Below, one piece after another: positions 1-14,991 of a stretch of 64,000 bases of DNA. Numbering within the stretch: position 1 is the first letter of the stretch; every line of letters begins with the position of its first letter. This stretch comes from the human T2T-CHM13v2.0 reference genome, Homo sapiens: the NCBI RefSeq assembly GCF_009914755.1, contig NC_060925.1. One strand, written 5' to 3'. The position numbers and the translations under genes are program-made. The notes under the pieces are model-generated. The model was not told where the DNA came from. It saw nothing but the letters and a program-made list of their open reading frames with translations, and made no database searches.

Positions 1-755
1 ATTTTCTAGTAGGGTATCTATAACTTTTAGGAGACAATGTTGGCTGCCTACTCAACAGGCATTTCTCACAGAATGTCTCCTAACATAACTCCATTTTATT
101 AAGTCATCCAAGACTGTTGCTTTGGAAGAGACATGAGGTCCTTCCCTAGCCCCAGGGAAAAATCCTGGTCTTTAAGCCATTCGCCCTGGCCAGAGCTTGG
201 CTTTGGAATGAGAAAGAAACACAACTCTAAGAGGTCACTGGGGAGCAAAGAAGAGTTGGCTGGGATTAAGAGAGCTCTCGGACAAATTTTTCTATAGTTC
301 TTAAGTAGTAACAAAAGTAAAAGACAGTCTTTCTCCAGGCCTTTACATGATTCGTGAATAATAAATACTGCTATCGTGATGGACAAACTTGAGTACTGGA
401 GAGCTGAGTGATGGAAGGGAACTAGTTTTTTGATGACAGCATTAAACCTCCGAATTCACCAACCTTGAACAGATCATACCTTTGGGCCTCTTGTGTTCTG
501 GCATAATACATCTCATCGTGCAGCCCATTTTATTACAGAAGGTTACTTGTAGCCCAAATCACACTGTCTAACACAGGCTCCTTAAGAATGCAGATGCTAC
601 AGTAACAAAATTCCCTTCTGATTTATAATCTACACCTTTCATGATAAAGTTTCTGACAATCTTTTGGATGTTTCTTTTTCCTAACTCCTTCCTATCATAT
701 TCATAAACACACCAATAGTTATTCTGTGAGAATGGTGTTTAAAATACTGTCATAC

Positions 756-1057
<302 letters not shown>

Positions 1058-4000
1058 GCAACTTTCATACACACATGTAAATAAACATAAACTTCAATAC
1101 ATTCAATAAAGTCTTCATATAAAGAACCGCTTAGGAAACATAACATGATGAAGTCAGGGTTTAGGACGTGAACCAGGTAGAGTAAGTACGTGGAGTTTGA
1201 AAACTTAAAAATCCTGTGCTTCCATTATTTAATGTTTGCTCCTAAAATAATGCTTTTCCTTCTTGTCTATATTAGTGGCATAATCTCTGTCGTTAACAGA
1301 GAAAAAGATTAGTTAGATTTATAAAAACAATGTTCATTCAAACTCTTCTGCGTTGTACGGAAGCCACTGAGTAATGTAACTCTGTCATTTCACATCGAAA
1401 TACAACAGAACTGAAATTGCAATGTTGACACAAATTCAGAGATATCTTAAACGGAGCACATGCCAGAACTTCACTACAAACAAAAGATTAAGCTAACTAC
1501 ATTGTAGGTAAGGTAGGTAATGATCATAAATAGGCAAGAGTGGGAAAAGAAATGTACGCTTCTGTGCAAAAAAGTAGAAGGTGTACAGCACCCTCTATCG
1601 CCAACTGAAATAAACTAAGAATTGACTACGACATAATGTGTAACGAATGGCTGTTTTAGAGCAGTCTTCCTCCTACTAAGGTGTCCTGCTAGGAAACATG
1701 ATACAAAGGAAGTGTCAATCAATACATATCAGCTTAATTTTTCCATATTTCTTAGTACATTTCAGACTGTAAAATAATAATAATAATAAACATCATTTTC
1801 CTATATAAGCCATTTAAATATCCTTTAAAAAATCTATGGGTTGATTTTCTATTTAAGATCTTTTGGGTCAGTTCTAGAATTAAACAGAACTAGGTTAAAG
1901 TATACTACTCACTATCTGTGACTATAAGCATGTTGTCTTCCTACCTTAAATCCTCCCTATTAAATCAGGAAGATATTTTCCTCGTAGGTATCATTGTGAA
2001 AACTAAACCAGACTATGTATGTAAAGCAGTGAACACTGCCTTTCATATATTATGTACTTCATAACCATCCCTGGCCCTTTTTACTTCCTTTTGTTGATAT
2101 AGGATTGACTTTGCTTTTTCTTATATTAAATAGCAACATAACTCCTATGCTTTTACGCAAATGGTATATTAATTTCAGGTGTCTCTGTTAGCAGGCATGG
2201 GGGAAGAGTATCTTGCCCTCAAATCACACCTAATCCTCCTTATTTTATAAAGACAGTCTCAAACAGCATATTAACTTCCCTCTTAATTAACCTCTTTTAT
2301 GAGGGTTGAGTATTCCAGACAAGGCATGGGCATATAAGAAAGATTCTCTTCTGAGCTTAATGACTGGTATATGTCTGCATCAGAAACCTGTATTGTCATC
2401 TGTATTGTCATGTGTATATGGGCTCTCCATTTGGCCAGGAGGAAATGGTTACATGCTTACAGTAAGCATTGCTCAAATGGAGACGTTTCCCTTATGTGAT
2501 ATAATTCTCTGGTGTCCTGATAGTGTAGTTATAATCCAGCTTGCCCACCCAAGTACCAAAGAGACGATGATGTCCACAAAAATCACTGACACGGACAGGT
2601 GGACAGGAGCGCAATCTTTGAATAATTCCAAAGTCTATGTTCTTTGCTAGCGTCTCTTCTCCAAGTATTTGCTGCTTATTCTCTCTCATTTTTTTTAAGT
2701 TATAGACTGTGAGCAGCATAATCATCTAAAAAGACAGTATCTTAGTAACTTAAAGCCAAAGCGTTTCCCACATTAATACATATAAAGTGAAAGCGTTAAG
2801 TTTCAAGAGACATTTTCTCTTCCTCCAAAACAATAATGGAAATGGAAATATCCCAAGCCTGTAGTAACTATTCTGTGAACTACAGTACACGATACTTAGC
2901 ACATCTGGTCTCAATTATCCCGTTCTCTGGTGAATCTTTGGTAAACTAGTTTGGTTCAGGGCTATAGCAGAGATAAGTTTATTTAAGCTAGATTGAGCTC
3001 CAAGCAATAGCAGAAATAGTGATTAATGGTGGAAATTTCTAAAAGTGCTGCCACTAGAAGGTAATAAAGACGGGCCTGGGGCTAGGATCTAGTCTGGGCC
3101 AGAAGAGTGCACTTCTGTATGGAAGGAGTTGGGCCTCAAATTGACCATGACGATATTCCACCATACTGGACTCACCAGGTTTCCACCATCTGAGCTTCTA
3201 CAAGCAACAGACAGTCAAAATACATGTGCTTCTTCTACACTGTCTCACTGATATTGGAAAAACATTTCTTGAAATTCTTCATCTTCCCCAGAGTTTAAAG
3301 ACGATAGCCTATCACTCTCAGAGAGAGGGCCTCCCTTTTTCTGCCTCTTTCCTTGTTTTTCAGGCTTCCTCCAGGGACATGGGCACAAGGCGCATAGAGG
3401 GACACAGAAATGAAAGTCCCAGCAACATGTTCAATATGTAGGATGTTTAACTAAAGCAGCACTGTTCTGAAAACCATAACCTGTTATTTTGAATTTTAAC
3501 AGGGATTCTTGTTCAATTCTCCTTTTATGTGACAGTAAAATTTGTGTGAGTATCGGAGAAAAAGGCAGCAACACCGTGGAAGTGAGGCAAGGCTGGGAGC
3601 ATGGGACCTGACTGCCATCATGTGGCAGCAGTGGCTGTTGCCACCGGAACAGAACCACACTGAGCGGCAGGGCCAATTCTCAGGCTTTCAGAGAAAATGC
3701 CCCAGAGAACAAAAGTCTTTCTAGAATCAACCTCACAAACCTTTCGTCCTTATGCCTCTATGCCTGGGTGAAAGTACAATCTCTTTCTAATACGTCTAAG
3801 AAAACAAGATAAGAATGACAGTGAAAGGAGCAAAGAGTAAAAAGTGAAAGCCAAAAAGAAAGGACATGGAAATTTGGGAGGGCAGACACTATTCCAAGGT
3901 AGACCCAGGTGATCATCTGCTTCTTGCCAATCTTTTCCACCTCCATGTGATCAAAGGCACCAAGAACCCACACAAGTTTTTCAAATTTGAAGCAGCAAAT

Positions 4001-6121
4001 ACCTATCTCTCTACTATCCAAATTAAGTGAGTGACGCAGCTATATGCATCTCTCAAATATTTGTAATAAAAGACGAAATTTCTAAACTATAATTGAATGG
4101 CACATGGTACTGGGTATATCTAATATCGAGAGAAGTCACAATGTTTTACTCTTCATTTTGAATATCTAGTTGACTTGTTTTATTGCCTCACATTCCTGTT
4201 CAGCTATTCCAAGTCAGAGTGTCACTATTATTTCTTCTGACTAAAGTTAAAAACACAGTCTAAACAGACATGATTATTTATTGCCGTTTTCTGCCTGCTT
4301 ATCTTCTTTGGGAACCAGGTAGATAATTAAACATTGTGGCTTTAGAGGACTTTCCTGAAAGTTAATCCCAATAAGTAAGAGGTTTTGTTGAGATAAGGGT
4401 CAGAGAAGCTGATAATGTCAACAAAAGAGTAAGAACTCTGAGGAGGTAGTAAAGATTAAGTACAGGGCTTCAATCCACCTTTGGAGTATGGTACACAGTG
4501 GGTTCAGAGATATACGGCAGCTTTCAAACATAAGCCTAATTTATAAACTAAAAATATCTGCTAGATCTTTGCTACGATAATTCAAAAACAAAAGCCATGA
4601 ATAAGTGAATTCAGATAAATATTTATATTACCATCCTACTCTTATTTTTTAAATAAAAACAAGTTGAAGTTCCATCCTTGATATAAAAATCCCCCAAAAA
4701 AGTACTGCAAACAAATTTGCTACAGAATGACTCTTCCATTCAGTAGACTACCATGCCTATTTTGTGAGTTATAGATCCTCAAAATGAATGTAAATATCAT
4801 GTCTTTCCAATCAGATTTCACTGGGGAGCAGATGATATGCATTTTGCATGCATTTCCATTAGATTGCTTATGACACCGTAAAAGCCAGATTAATACTTAA
4901 ACATGGTTATAGATTGTCCATAGAAGAAAGCTCTGCTATATTACTTGGATTCATTTATACACAAAGAAATATAAATATTTGCTGAACAAAAAAGAGAAAC
5001 TATCAAGCTTTAATTACAAGATCTACTGAGTAGTAATAAAACTTCACTCTGCAACAAACCCTCTGCACTCAAAAACACATTTCAACTTTCTAAGCAGCTT
5101 CACCTCCAACTTCCTAGGCAGATAGCCTACTTCCACTTTGGTTTTCTAGGCAGATTAGCAATTCCAACTTTCTGGGCAAATTAGTTCATTTTGGCTCTGA
5201 ACTACTGAATCAATCTTGTGTTCTGGGTAATAAAATACTCAAGTGGATTTATCCTCTGGCAGTTTTTCCTACTAGCAATTCTAAAGGCTGCAATTCAAGC
5301 TGTAGTTTCCTCATTCTGGTTTCTGGGGAAAGCAGAACTGTGTTAGGTAATGTTACCAAAGATACCTGCTCTATGGACAGCTATTGTACAACCGGAAAAT
5401 GCTGCTTATGTTTCTGCAGCAGTCCACAAGAACCGCACTGGTTCCCACAGTGACAGTGGGGCCAAGGAGAGAAATTTGTTTCCTCTCCCAGTTTCCTTCA
5501 GGAATCCCCAAAGAGACATGGAAGTTACATTACTAACAATTCCCTATTCATACTTGGGAGTCAGGGATATAAAACTGTCACACGGTAACAAGGCTCAACA
5601 ATAGCTAAGAGGAATGGCTTTTTTGCCAATAATAAGAATCAGCCGTTTAATGGCCCAGTTGGAGACAGTCCCAGCCACTGAAGTCACCTTATGGGGAAAA
5701 GGCTGCTTTTCCAATATATCTTCCATGGCTGAATGGCTTACAGCCCCAAGTAGGCATCCTTCCAAGTTCAAAATCAAAGTTTATGTTTGTTTACTGTAAT
5801 AGAAAACTTAAAATCTAATTGCATTAAAAGCCAAGGACATAATATTAAAGGATCTACTCTAAAATTATCATACATGCCAAGATGTTGGAATACAACAGGT
5901 ATTTAAGGGGAATGCCTTAAAATCACATAAATCAACTCATAAAAGCACTAGAGGAAAGGCTTCCATCTGGCCAAAAGTCTCTTTTGTTATATAAAATCAG
6001 ATATTTTGTTATAAAAATCAAGAAACAAAAGTCAACATCTTTTGGTATATCAAGTCACAGTGCAGTTTACCTGAAGTCCTGCTTCTATCCAAAGACAGTA
6101 ACAACAGCTAACACTGACTGA

Positions 6122-6477
<356 letters not shown>

Positions 6478-6775
6478 CACATTTAATTTTTAAAGCAAAC
6501 CAGTGAATTAATTACAGAAGTATTATCTGCATTTTTTGGTTAGAAAATGGATACTTAAGATGGTTAAGCAAGTTGCATAACGTCAAACAAAAAGTAAATA
6601 TCAGTGCTGGAATTTGAACCCAGATAAGTCCGAGACAAAACTTGTGTTCACATAGCTAGATACTAAACCTCTGATTTCAAGGAAGTAAAATTCTCAGTGT
6701 CAGATTTTCCTCTGTTGTTAGCTTTCATACAGACAGGGAAAATTGTTTCCTTATGAACTAATAAAACACAGGGCT

Positions 6776-7088
6776 GGACTGGGTGCGGTGACTCATGCCT
6801 ATAATCCCAGAACTTTGGGAAGGTGAGGAGGGCAAATCACTTTGAGGCCACGAGTTCGAGACCAGCCTAGCCAACATGACAAAACCCCGTCTCTAGCAAA
6901 AATACAAAAAATTAGCCAGGTGTGGTGGTGCATGCCTATAATCCCAGCTACTTGAGAGGATGAGGCAGGAGAATTGTTGAACCCAGGAGGCAGAAGTTGT
7001 GGTGAGCCGAGATCACATCAATGCACTCCAGCCTAGGCCACAGAGCAAGACCCTGTCTCAAAAAAATTAAAAATAAAAATAATAAAAA
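6776..7088 (+). mobile_element. Alu (AluS-like)
   Basis: Full dimer with A-rich tail. Confidence 0.92.
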
Positions 7089-7982
7089 CTCAGGACTGGA
7101 AAATTTAATTTGAGTCTCCACCTCTGATTTCTATGTAGATTGGTTTTAAAAGGCTCATTTTACATGTTTCATTTTGCTGTACCTTCCCACTTATAAAAGG
7201 AGAAGATCACATTCTGTGTTCAAATGCATTGATCTGGCAAACTGCTAGTGCTTCTGGCTCTCCCTCCAACCGTCCCACCAAAGATGAGGGATTTATTTGT
7301 TGAGGTCGTTTTGATAATCCCACATTCATCAGGGTTGTTTTGCTCTGCAAATAGATTCCCATCACTCCTGCTGCATAAAGAACAAACCACACTCCTCCAC
7401 CGGGTTTCATGGGCCCCAGGGCCCTACTCCACCCCTCCTGTTTAGCTTCTCCTGCTGTCCCTCACCCCAGAACTCCAACTGGGCCATCTTTGTCATTTCC
7501 AATGATTCATTTGATTTAATCCCACATTTATTGAGCACCTACCTATAAAGGGCTAAGCAAAGGCTGGTTTTAGATGTATGCAATCTAGAAAAAGAGATGA
7601 GAACCCTCTACAAATAAATGAGATACCAGGGAGACTGTGATCAGCATCCTCCTGGCAGCAACTTGAAGAGATGAATTTCAGAGAGGACTGAGAAGGAAAA
7701 GAAGCATAACAGAGGCAGATTGTAACTTGAGCTTTCAAAGATGAGAGTTTCAAAAGGGAGCAATGAGTGGAGAACTTGGCAAGGTGGTTTGGAGGAGCCT
7801 GCAGGGAATCACCTAGGGGCATCTGGATGCCGCACATGTGTGCAAGAAGGGCTGAGGGAGGAGGGCAGAGGCTGCTTTCCCACTGGAGGGGGCAGGGCAG
7901 AGGCTGACCACAGGTAGCTCACAGGCCACAGCCAACCACGCACAACCTGTGGTCTGTGGTGTTGTTAAAAAAAATTTAAATC

Positions 7983-8293
7983 GGCTGGGCGTGGTGACTC
8001 ACGCCTGCAATCCAGCACTTTGAGAGGCCAAGGCAGGCGGATCACGAGGTGAGGAGATTGAGACCATCCTGGCTAACATGTTGAATCCCCGTCTCTACTA
8101 AAAATACAAAAAAATTAGCCCGGCTGTGGTGGCGCGCGCCTGTAATCCCAGCTATTCAGGAGGCTGAGGCAGGAGAATCACTTGAACCCAGGAGGCAGAG
8201 GTTGCAGTGAGCCCAGATCGCGCCACTGCACTCCAGACTGGGTGACAGACGGAGACTCTATCTCAAAAAACAAAACAAACAAACAAACAAAAG
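7983..8293 (+). mobile_element. Alu (AluSc-like)
   Basis: Full dimer with (CAAA)n tail. Confidence 0.92.
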
Positions 8294-8428
8294 AAACTTA
8301 AAATCAACAACATGAAACAAAATACACTTTTAGATACAAATATGCATTTCTAGCTCCCTGTGGAAAAAACCGGAAAATCCTATCACCTGGGACTTATGAG
8401 CCATCATAAGTAGACTAACATAGCAGCA

Positions 8429-8633
8429 GCCCTTCAGATAGGATAAATGTCCTTCAGATGGGATGAATGCCCTTCAGATGGGATGAATGCCCTTCAGATG
8501 GGATAAATGCCCTTCAGATGGGATAAATGCCCTTCAGATGGGATAAATGCCCTTCAGATGGGATGAATGCCCTTCAGATGGGATAAATGCCCTTCAGATG
8601 GGATAAATGCCCTTCAGATGGGATGAATGCCCT
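8429..8633. repeat. Minisatellite, 10 copies of a 20-bp unit GCCCTTCAGATGGGATRAAT
   Basis: Head-to-tail units with no spacers, counted directly. Confidence 0.97.
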
Positions 8634-8779
8634 CTGATTTACTGCAGTCATCACCACTCCTCTCTACCATTCCACACTGGGCCAGCTTCACCTATTTATC
8701 ACATCTGCCTGGGCTCTGAGGAACCCTGAGCTTGTGACGCCATGGTGGGGGATGGGAGCAGGGAGGGAGACTCACCTGT

Positions 8780-8950
8780 CCACTGGCCACTTAGTATCTA
8801 CATGAAGCTGAGCACTTTTGGCAATCAGTCTTAGTTTCCTTATCTGTAAAACAGAGCTAGTGTCACCAGCCTTAGTTTTGTTGCACAGAAAAATTAGATA
8901 ATTTAACATTTAGCTTAGTGTGTAAGTGTTTAACAAATGGTGGCTGTTAC
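8780..8950 (+). mobile_element. MIR fragment
   Basis: Core motif tcttagtttccttatctgtaaaa and 3' part ending aagtgtttaacaaatggtggctgtta. Confidence 0.65.
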
Positions 8951-9812
8951 TACCCGAACTACTGAAGGAAAGTGCCTCGTTCAGGGCCACGAACTGCCAT
9001 AATATTGCACATGGGAACACAGGGGTAAGGTACAAGCTACTTGGTCCTTCCATGGGGCAAAATCCTGACCTGCTGGCATTTCACTGGCTCTGCTCTGGTT
9101 CCATTCTTTACCTTTACCATTAGAGATACAGCGATGACACCCCCAGGTGCACATGAACTCACACGAGTGCACACATGCACTAGTATGTTAATTCAGAAAT
9201 TCAAAAATCTAAATTGAGCCTGATAGCTGGTTCTTATTCTGCTTTCTGAGAATTTTCCTTTCAGATAGCCAACCCAAAGATTCCCAAATCATCATTACAT
9301 CATGGGCTTCTGCAAAAGACAAAGCTTATTACAAATCCAAAGAACTTAGCCCCCCATGAATGGGTAGCACAGTTTTCCATGTGTCAGACTCTGGGGAGAT
9401 GTTTGAGACAATCGGAATATCCACCCTAAGCCTGTCAGACAGCAGTTTAAATCCAGAAGATCGTCTGACGGACATAGGACTGACTCGTTTTTCCTGAGCA
9501 CGAATTAAACAGATGGTAGTGCCTTAACTGCTTTTCCAGAGCTGCCTAGGGAACAGCTTCAATGCTGTAATTTTGCTAAGTGAAGGGACTGGAGTTTTGT
9601 GCTCATGCATCTGACAGGAAGCACTGTATATGTCCTGTGACCAAATGGGCTGCTGAATGCCACAACACCACATAACAAAGTCCCCTCTATTTTCTATCTT
9701 AAGGACTAACTATACATATGATAGCAAACCATGTGTATTATTTCACTTTATCTTTGAAGCACAAGAAAGAGAAGTTACACATGGCAATGTGTCTTTCTTT
9801 TCTAGAACTCTT

Positions 9813-10342
<530 letters not shown>

Positions 10343-10619
10343 TCAAAGACCCAGAAGTTGCTATCTGAGACTGGTGGACCAAGACCTTGCCCATTGGAGC
10401 ATTCACACATGAGAAAAGCTAGGGGTGACTAGGGCCATTCAATAAAGATTTTCTTCAAGGGGAAAGTTGCTTGCAAAAAACTTGAACATTTTTCTCTTTA
10501 CAGGAGCTCAGTAATTAATTCAGTTGCCTTTTCACCAGAAACAGAGTCCTCGGGGTCACCTGTTGATTTTTGCTGCCCGGCTTTTATCTACAGAACTCCA
10601 AACATCCCTCGGAGAGCCA

Positions 10620-11073
10620 GCCCCTTCCAGTCTCGGGGGAACCTCGAATCCAGCTGTGTGTGTGTACGTAAGCCCAGGCCAAGTGCTTGCCTGGTCTTAG
10701 TGATTGGGCTCAGGGAATATGGCTCAGTCAGAACCAATCAGACACAATGAGACCTTCCATGGGATCTATGAGAAAGAAGCATACTGTTCTTGCTGGACTT
10801 AGATGAGAGAAGACACGAGATCTAGGGTAACGACAGCCGTCTTTTGACCGCCGGGGTGAGGTGTTTGAGAACGGTGTCAAAACAGAGGAGCAGGAGAGCG
10901 ATGGAAATGGCAAAACTAGGCCCCAATGACTCAATCTGAACCTCTTTATCTAGACACTCCTGAAGACAGATGGACCCAAGACTGTTCAGTTACATCACCG
11001 CAAAATCCCCACTTTGCTTAAACCTGTTTGAGATGGGTTTCCTTCCTCTGTAATAGAAAGGGGTCTGACTATT
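10620..11073 (+). mobile_element. MLT1-family (ERVL-MaLR) solo LTR
   Basis: Typical MLT1 3' end (tttgcttaaacctgtttgagatgggttt...gtctgactatt). Boundaries approximate. Confidence 0.6.
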
Positions 11074-13089
11074 CTGTGGACTTGAAAAGGCACGTAAGAA
11101 AGGGCCTGGTATTCTGAGACTCTCCACCAAGCCACACGCCTCACAAGAAAGTTCAGCATCAACACATTCAGTTGCCTCTCAGTCCATCACCCGCGCAGCA
11201 CCCCAACACAACCTCACCAAAAGCCGTTTCACCAAGGCTGAATGCACTGTGGCAAACCTATGTCCAGGCAGCTGTGGAAATGGAAGGCAGGTTAAATATA
11301 AAAGAGCTGTAATCTGGAAAGGAAATGCAGAGGAAATGAAAGAAAGCAGAAGCTGGAGGAAGTTTAATAGAGAGAAATTTACGGGGAGAAAGCAAGTTAA
11401 CAGGTCATGCTAGAAGAGGCAGAGCCTAAGGAACTGAGGCTTAATGAAAACACTATAGGTCCTCTCTCTCATTTTTACTTGGATACTATAAATTTTCAGT
11501 TCTTTAAGGCTCTGCATATATGGCCTTATTCTAACTACCATTACTGACAAATGCAGTTCAAGTGTTTAACCTAGGGGAAAAATGACATATATTTATCCTG
11601 GGGGGAAAAAATTAAAAACAAAAATCTTGTAACTTTACTTTGGGATAAAAGAAGAATTTGTTCTAAATTCAGCTTAGAAAAACTTCAACTTTTAGCTGGG
11701 AATTGCAGAATAATATGACAGTTTTCAAAGCTGCGTTCTCATGCAATTACATATTTTGTCTGAGAAAGCTGCCATCTTAGATGACTAAACTCATCAAACC
11801 ATCATAACGTCTAGAATGTCCTGGAGGTTAGAGTAAAGATGTGGACAGCAAACCTCCCTCTCCTCTTGGGTGTCCATTTGCATGGGGACTTTGCATGCCT
11901 GTTGGCTGGAGAAGAAGAAGTTTGTGATGTTTGGATTGGTCCATGGTACCTGAGGGAAAAGGAGGAAGAGTGGACGGCAAGTGGGGCATGAACAAGATTT
12001 CTGTTTCCCCACAGGAGTGACTTTGGGCACATGCAGTCTGCTTTAATGCAAAGCTTGGGAAGGACTGCATGGCGGGAGAGAGCCATCACCTACGGTTCCC
12101 ATCAGACCTACCTGAATGGCACTAGCATTCCTAAGCAGGTAAGAAACAGTAGTGGCTTTAAAGAGAGAATGCCCTAAGAAGCTGGTACACGACAGCATTC
12201 CACCTGGAGGCCAGAATGCAAGGACAAAGACAGCCTTTACTCTAAGCACACAGGACCCCTCCCCCTGAATTTCCCATAAACCCTTGGGAACACTTTAAAC
12301 TTGGAAAGACACATGGGGTCACAGACTCTGAAATTAAGGTTTAGATGTGAAGCACAAGACATTCCAGTTACACCGGGAAAGTCTCCCATAAATCCTCAAA
12401 TATACATATAATTCTAAAGAAGCATACATGAACAATTTACTTCCACACTTAGAGCAACCAACTGAGACATGGCCATATGGATTATCCACAAAGAATCTTG
12501 AAGCCCAGGATGAAGGATGAATTCCGTCTGCCACTGACAAGACGTACAGTTTTCCCAACGCACTATTAATCATCGTATGTCCCAGATATGCAAACTAATT
12601 TAATATCAACTTCATCAACTAATTTAATATCAGCATAATTAAGAAAGTTATTCAAAGCATTCTGAAGTAAAATAGAAAAGATGTGTATCTATCTGTAAAA
12701 CAGTTTGCCTTTATTACTGTAAATGAGAATAAATGAGAACTAACCACATTTCTAGTCCACTCCTTGGGACAAATTTAATAATGTGTTTGAGAGCTGTATC
12801 ACCATCTTTCTTGAAGAGAACATTATTATGTTTATACAGAGTTCCTGTCTATTTATACTACCTACATGTTATCTTCATTTTTGGAAGCAGCAACAATGAA
12901 AATGGTTTCATTTATTTTTCATTATTTCACAATGTCAGATTTCCTTTTTCTTTCATACAAAACCACATGCCTTAACAACTACAAAGGGATTAACACATTT
13001 CTTCTAAACCAGAATCCTCACTTTATCTTCATCGCTGTGTCTCCCAGCAATGCAACAGCTCTCAAGCCTGGAAACAAAGCTCCACTCAC

Positions 13090-13183
13090 CGAGCCTGAGA
13101 GAGACAGTCATTATTTGATGGTAGAGGCTGTAAAGGGCCTTCTTTCTGATTTCCAGATTTTAAATAACAGGATCTAATTTCCC
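13090..13183 (-). CDS. PCNX2: PCNX2 exon 8 (94 nt; GEIRSCYLKSGNQKEGPLQPLPSNNDCLSQAR)
   Basis: Acceptor ttttctgattttacag; donor TCG|GTGAGT. Frame stays open from exon 7. Cumulative CDS is 2222 nt and the gene continues beyond the left edge of the window. Confidence 0.9.
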
Positions 13184-14042
13184 CTGTAAAATCAGAAAAT
13201 TTCAGCAAAGAATATGACATAATTATTCATATAGAATCGTTTCAACTTATACAATTTTCAAGTTAAAAGGAAACTTATTTTGGTCTGTTATAATAACTGT
13301 TGACAATCGGGGTCCATTCTTTATATTTCTGCACAGAACATATATCATGAGAAGTTGAAGGATGTCTGAAAGAAACTTTACTAAGAAAATTTTCTTCGAC
13401 CTGCTTCCCTGCTAATATACTTAGACAAGTTTTGACTTGGTTACTTATTATTTAATTGCTTTTGATAGACTTATTTGTATCATCTCTTAATTCACTTTAC
13501 ATACGTTCTCTTCATGTGTCAGCATGATCTGTGCTAGGATATAACCAGATTTTTTGGTATACGAATACCTCAGTATCATGTGCAAAAAGCAGCTTATTAA
13601 GAGTACAGTTTTGATTGGTGGACCGCATGAGACCATCTCTGCCTCCAACTGTGCAGATGAGCAAGTGTCACAGCACACTGACTGATGTGTCAGTCTGTTA
13701 ATGAGGAAAAGCAAGAGATGGAATTAATTTGCAGAGCTCAATTAGCTCCACTAAAGCAGTTCAGGATACTGAGGTGTGAAAATCCGGTTTCTGCCCAGAA
13801 GAGCTCCTACTAGTGCCTTCTTCAGTTGACACAGGAAGCATAATTAACCTTGTCTGTTGTGAGCAGCTGGAAGGTGGCCCTCCAACTCAAAGGTGTTTTC
13901 CACCAAGAGAAACTGTAATGACAACCGCAGCCCCTGTGGAGGCTTTCATGTAAGTGCTAATGTTGTTCTTTATGATGTAAAAGTCCCTTATATTTCTGCA
14001 CATGCAAAAGCATTTAAAACTATAAACTACTGAACTCCAGAT

Positions 14043-14170
14043 AAAGTAACCATATAATTTATTCTCCAAACCAGGATCCTTTTGCGAGTAAAATAACGAG
14101 CACTACTGGAGCTATATGATACATAAGCCAAGACCCATCCCAGAAAAACTAGGACCTATATCCCTTATCC
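14043..14170 (+). mobile_element. hAT-Blackjack MITE (MER94/MER81-like)
   Basis: Starts aaagtaaccatataatttattctccaaacc, resembling the copy at 19727. Confidence 0.5.
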
Positions 14171-14704
14171 TTTGAACTTTGAACTTGCCACTTTATAATT
14201 CTCTATGTATACTATTTTAAATCCTTTTTATAACAAGGTGCTGAAAAAATATATCAAGGTCAGGTGTGCAACACAGGTCCAACAAATATTTAGTAAGTAC
14301 TGGGCATTGCCCTCTTGAAGTTGATAACTGTGAGGGGGAAATGCCATTAATCAAATTATTATACAAGCTGTAATATTATCAAAGAACGAAAGAGATGAGT
14401 GTTAAGAGAACAACAAAAACTGATGAAACTGATTAAGTCTGGGGAGTTCAGGAGAGGTGTCCCTGAAAAACTTACCTTAGGACTAAGATCTGAAAAAATC
14501 AATAGCACACACTGGGGCACAGCACGTGTAAAGGCCCCGAGATGGGAGGCAGCACACTCCATTCAAAGAACAGTATGTGGGCAACCACAGGGTTAAGTCT
14601 TCCAGTTCTCAAGTCTAGTACTCATGCTAAGGTATCACACTGAGTCCTGAGAAAGCTGACAGTTTTCCCTGCTTGTTCATTAGTAAAGAGCTCCAAAGAC
14701 TCAC

Positions 14705-14850
14705 CATGTTCATCAATGAAGACATGCATAGCATCCACAGATATCTCTTCTTGTACAGATGTTTCAGGCCCACTGATGACTTGCAAGACAGAACTATCTT
14801 GTTGGGAAGTTACCCTGTAGATTATCTGTCTTTGTCTATTGCCCTGAAAA
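14705..14850 (-). CDS. PCNX2: PCNX2 exon 7 (146 nt; FFQGNRQRQIIYRVTSQQDSSVLQVISGPETSVQEEISVDAMHVFIDEH)
   Basis: Within ORF 14622..14873. Acceptor gttaag; donor ATG|GTGAGT. Separated from exon 6 by a 141-nt intron. Confidence 0.9.
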
Positions 14851-14991
14851 CTTAACACATATAAAAGTTTCAAAAAAAATGATTAGAAGTTCCTCCTTAT
14901 CCTTGATAAAGCATTAAAAGCAGAAGCCAGTAAATGAGGCTGTCTCATGCTTTATGACCAAGTGAAACTAAATTAAGTAACTTATCCTTAC

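Noticed and set aside
8429-8633. Regular short repeats resembling a CRISPR array
   Set aside because: The units are contiguous with no unique spacers, the context is eukaryotic and there are no cas genes. It is a minisatellite.
12593-12632. Small duplications (AACTAATTTAATATCA x2; also 2388-2411 and 5981-6020)
   Set aside because: They are short AT-rich slippage duplications expected at background frequency.
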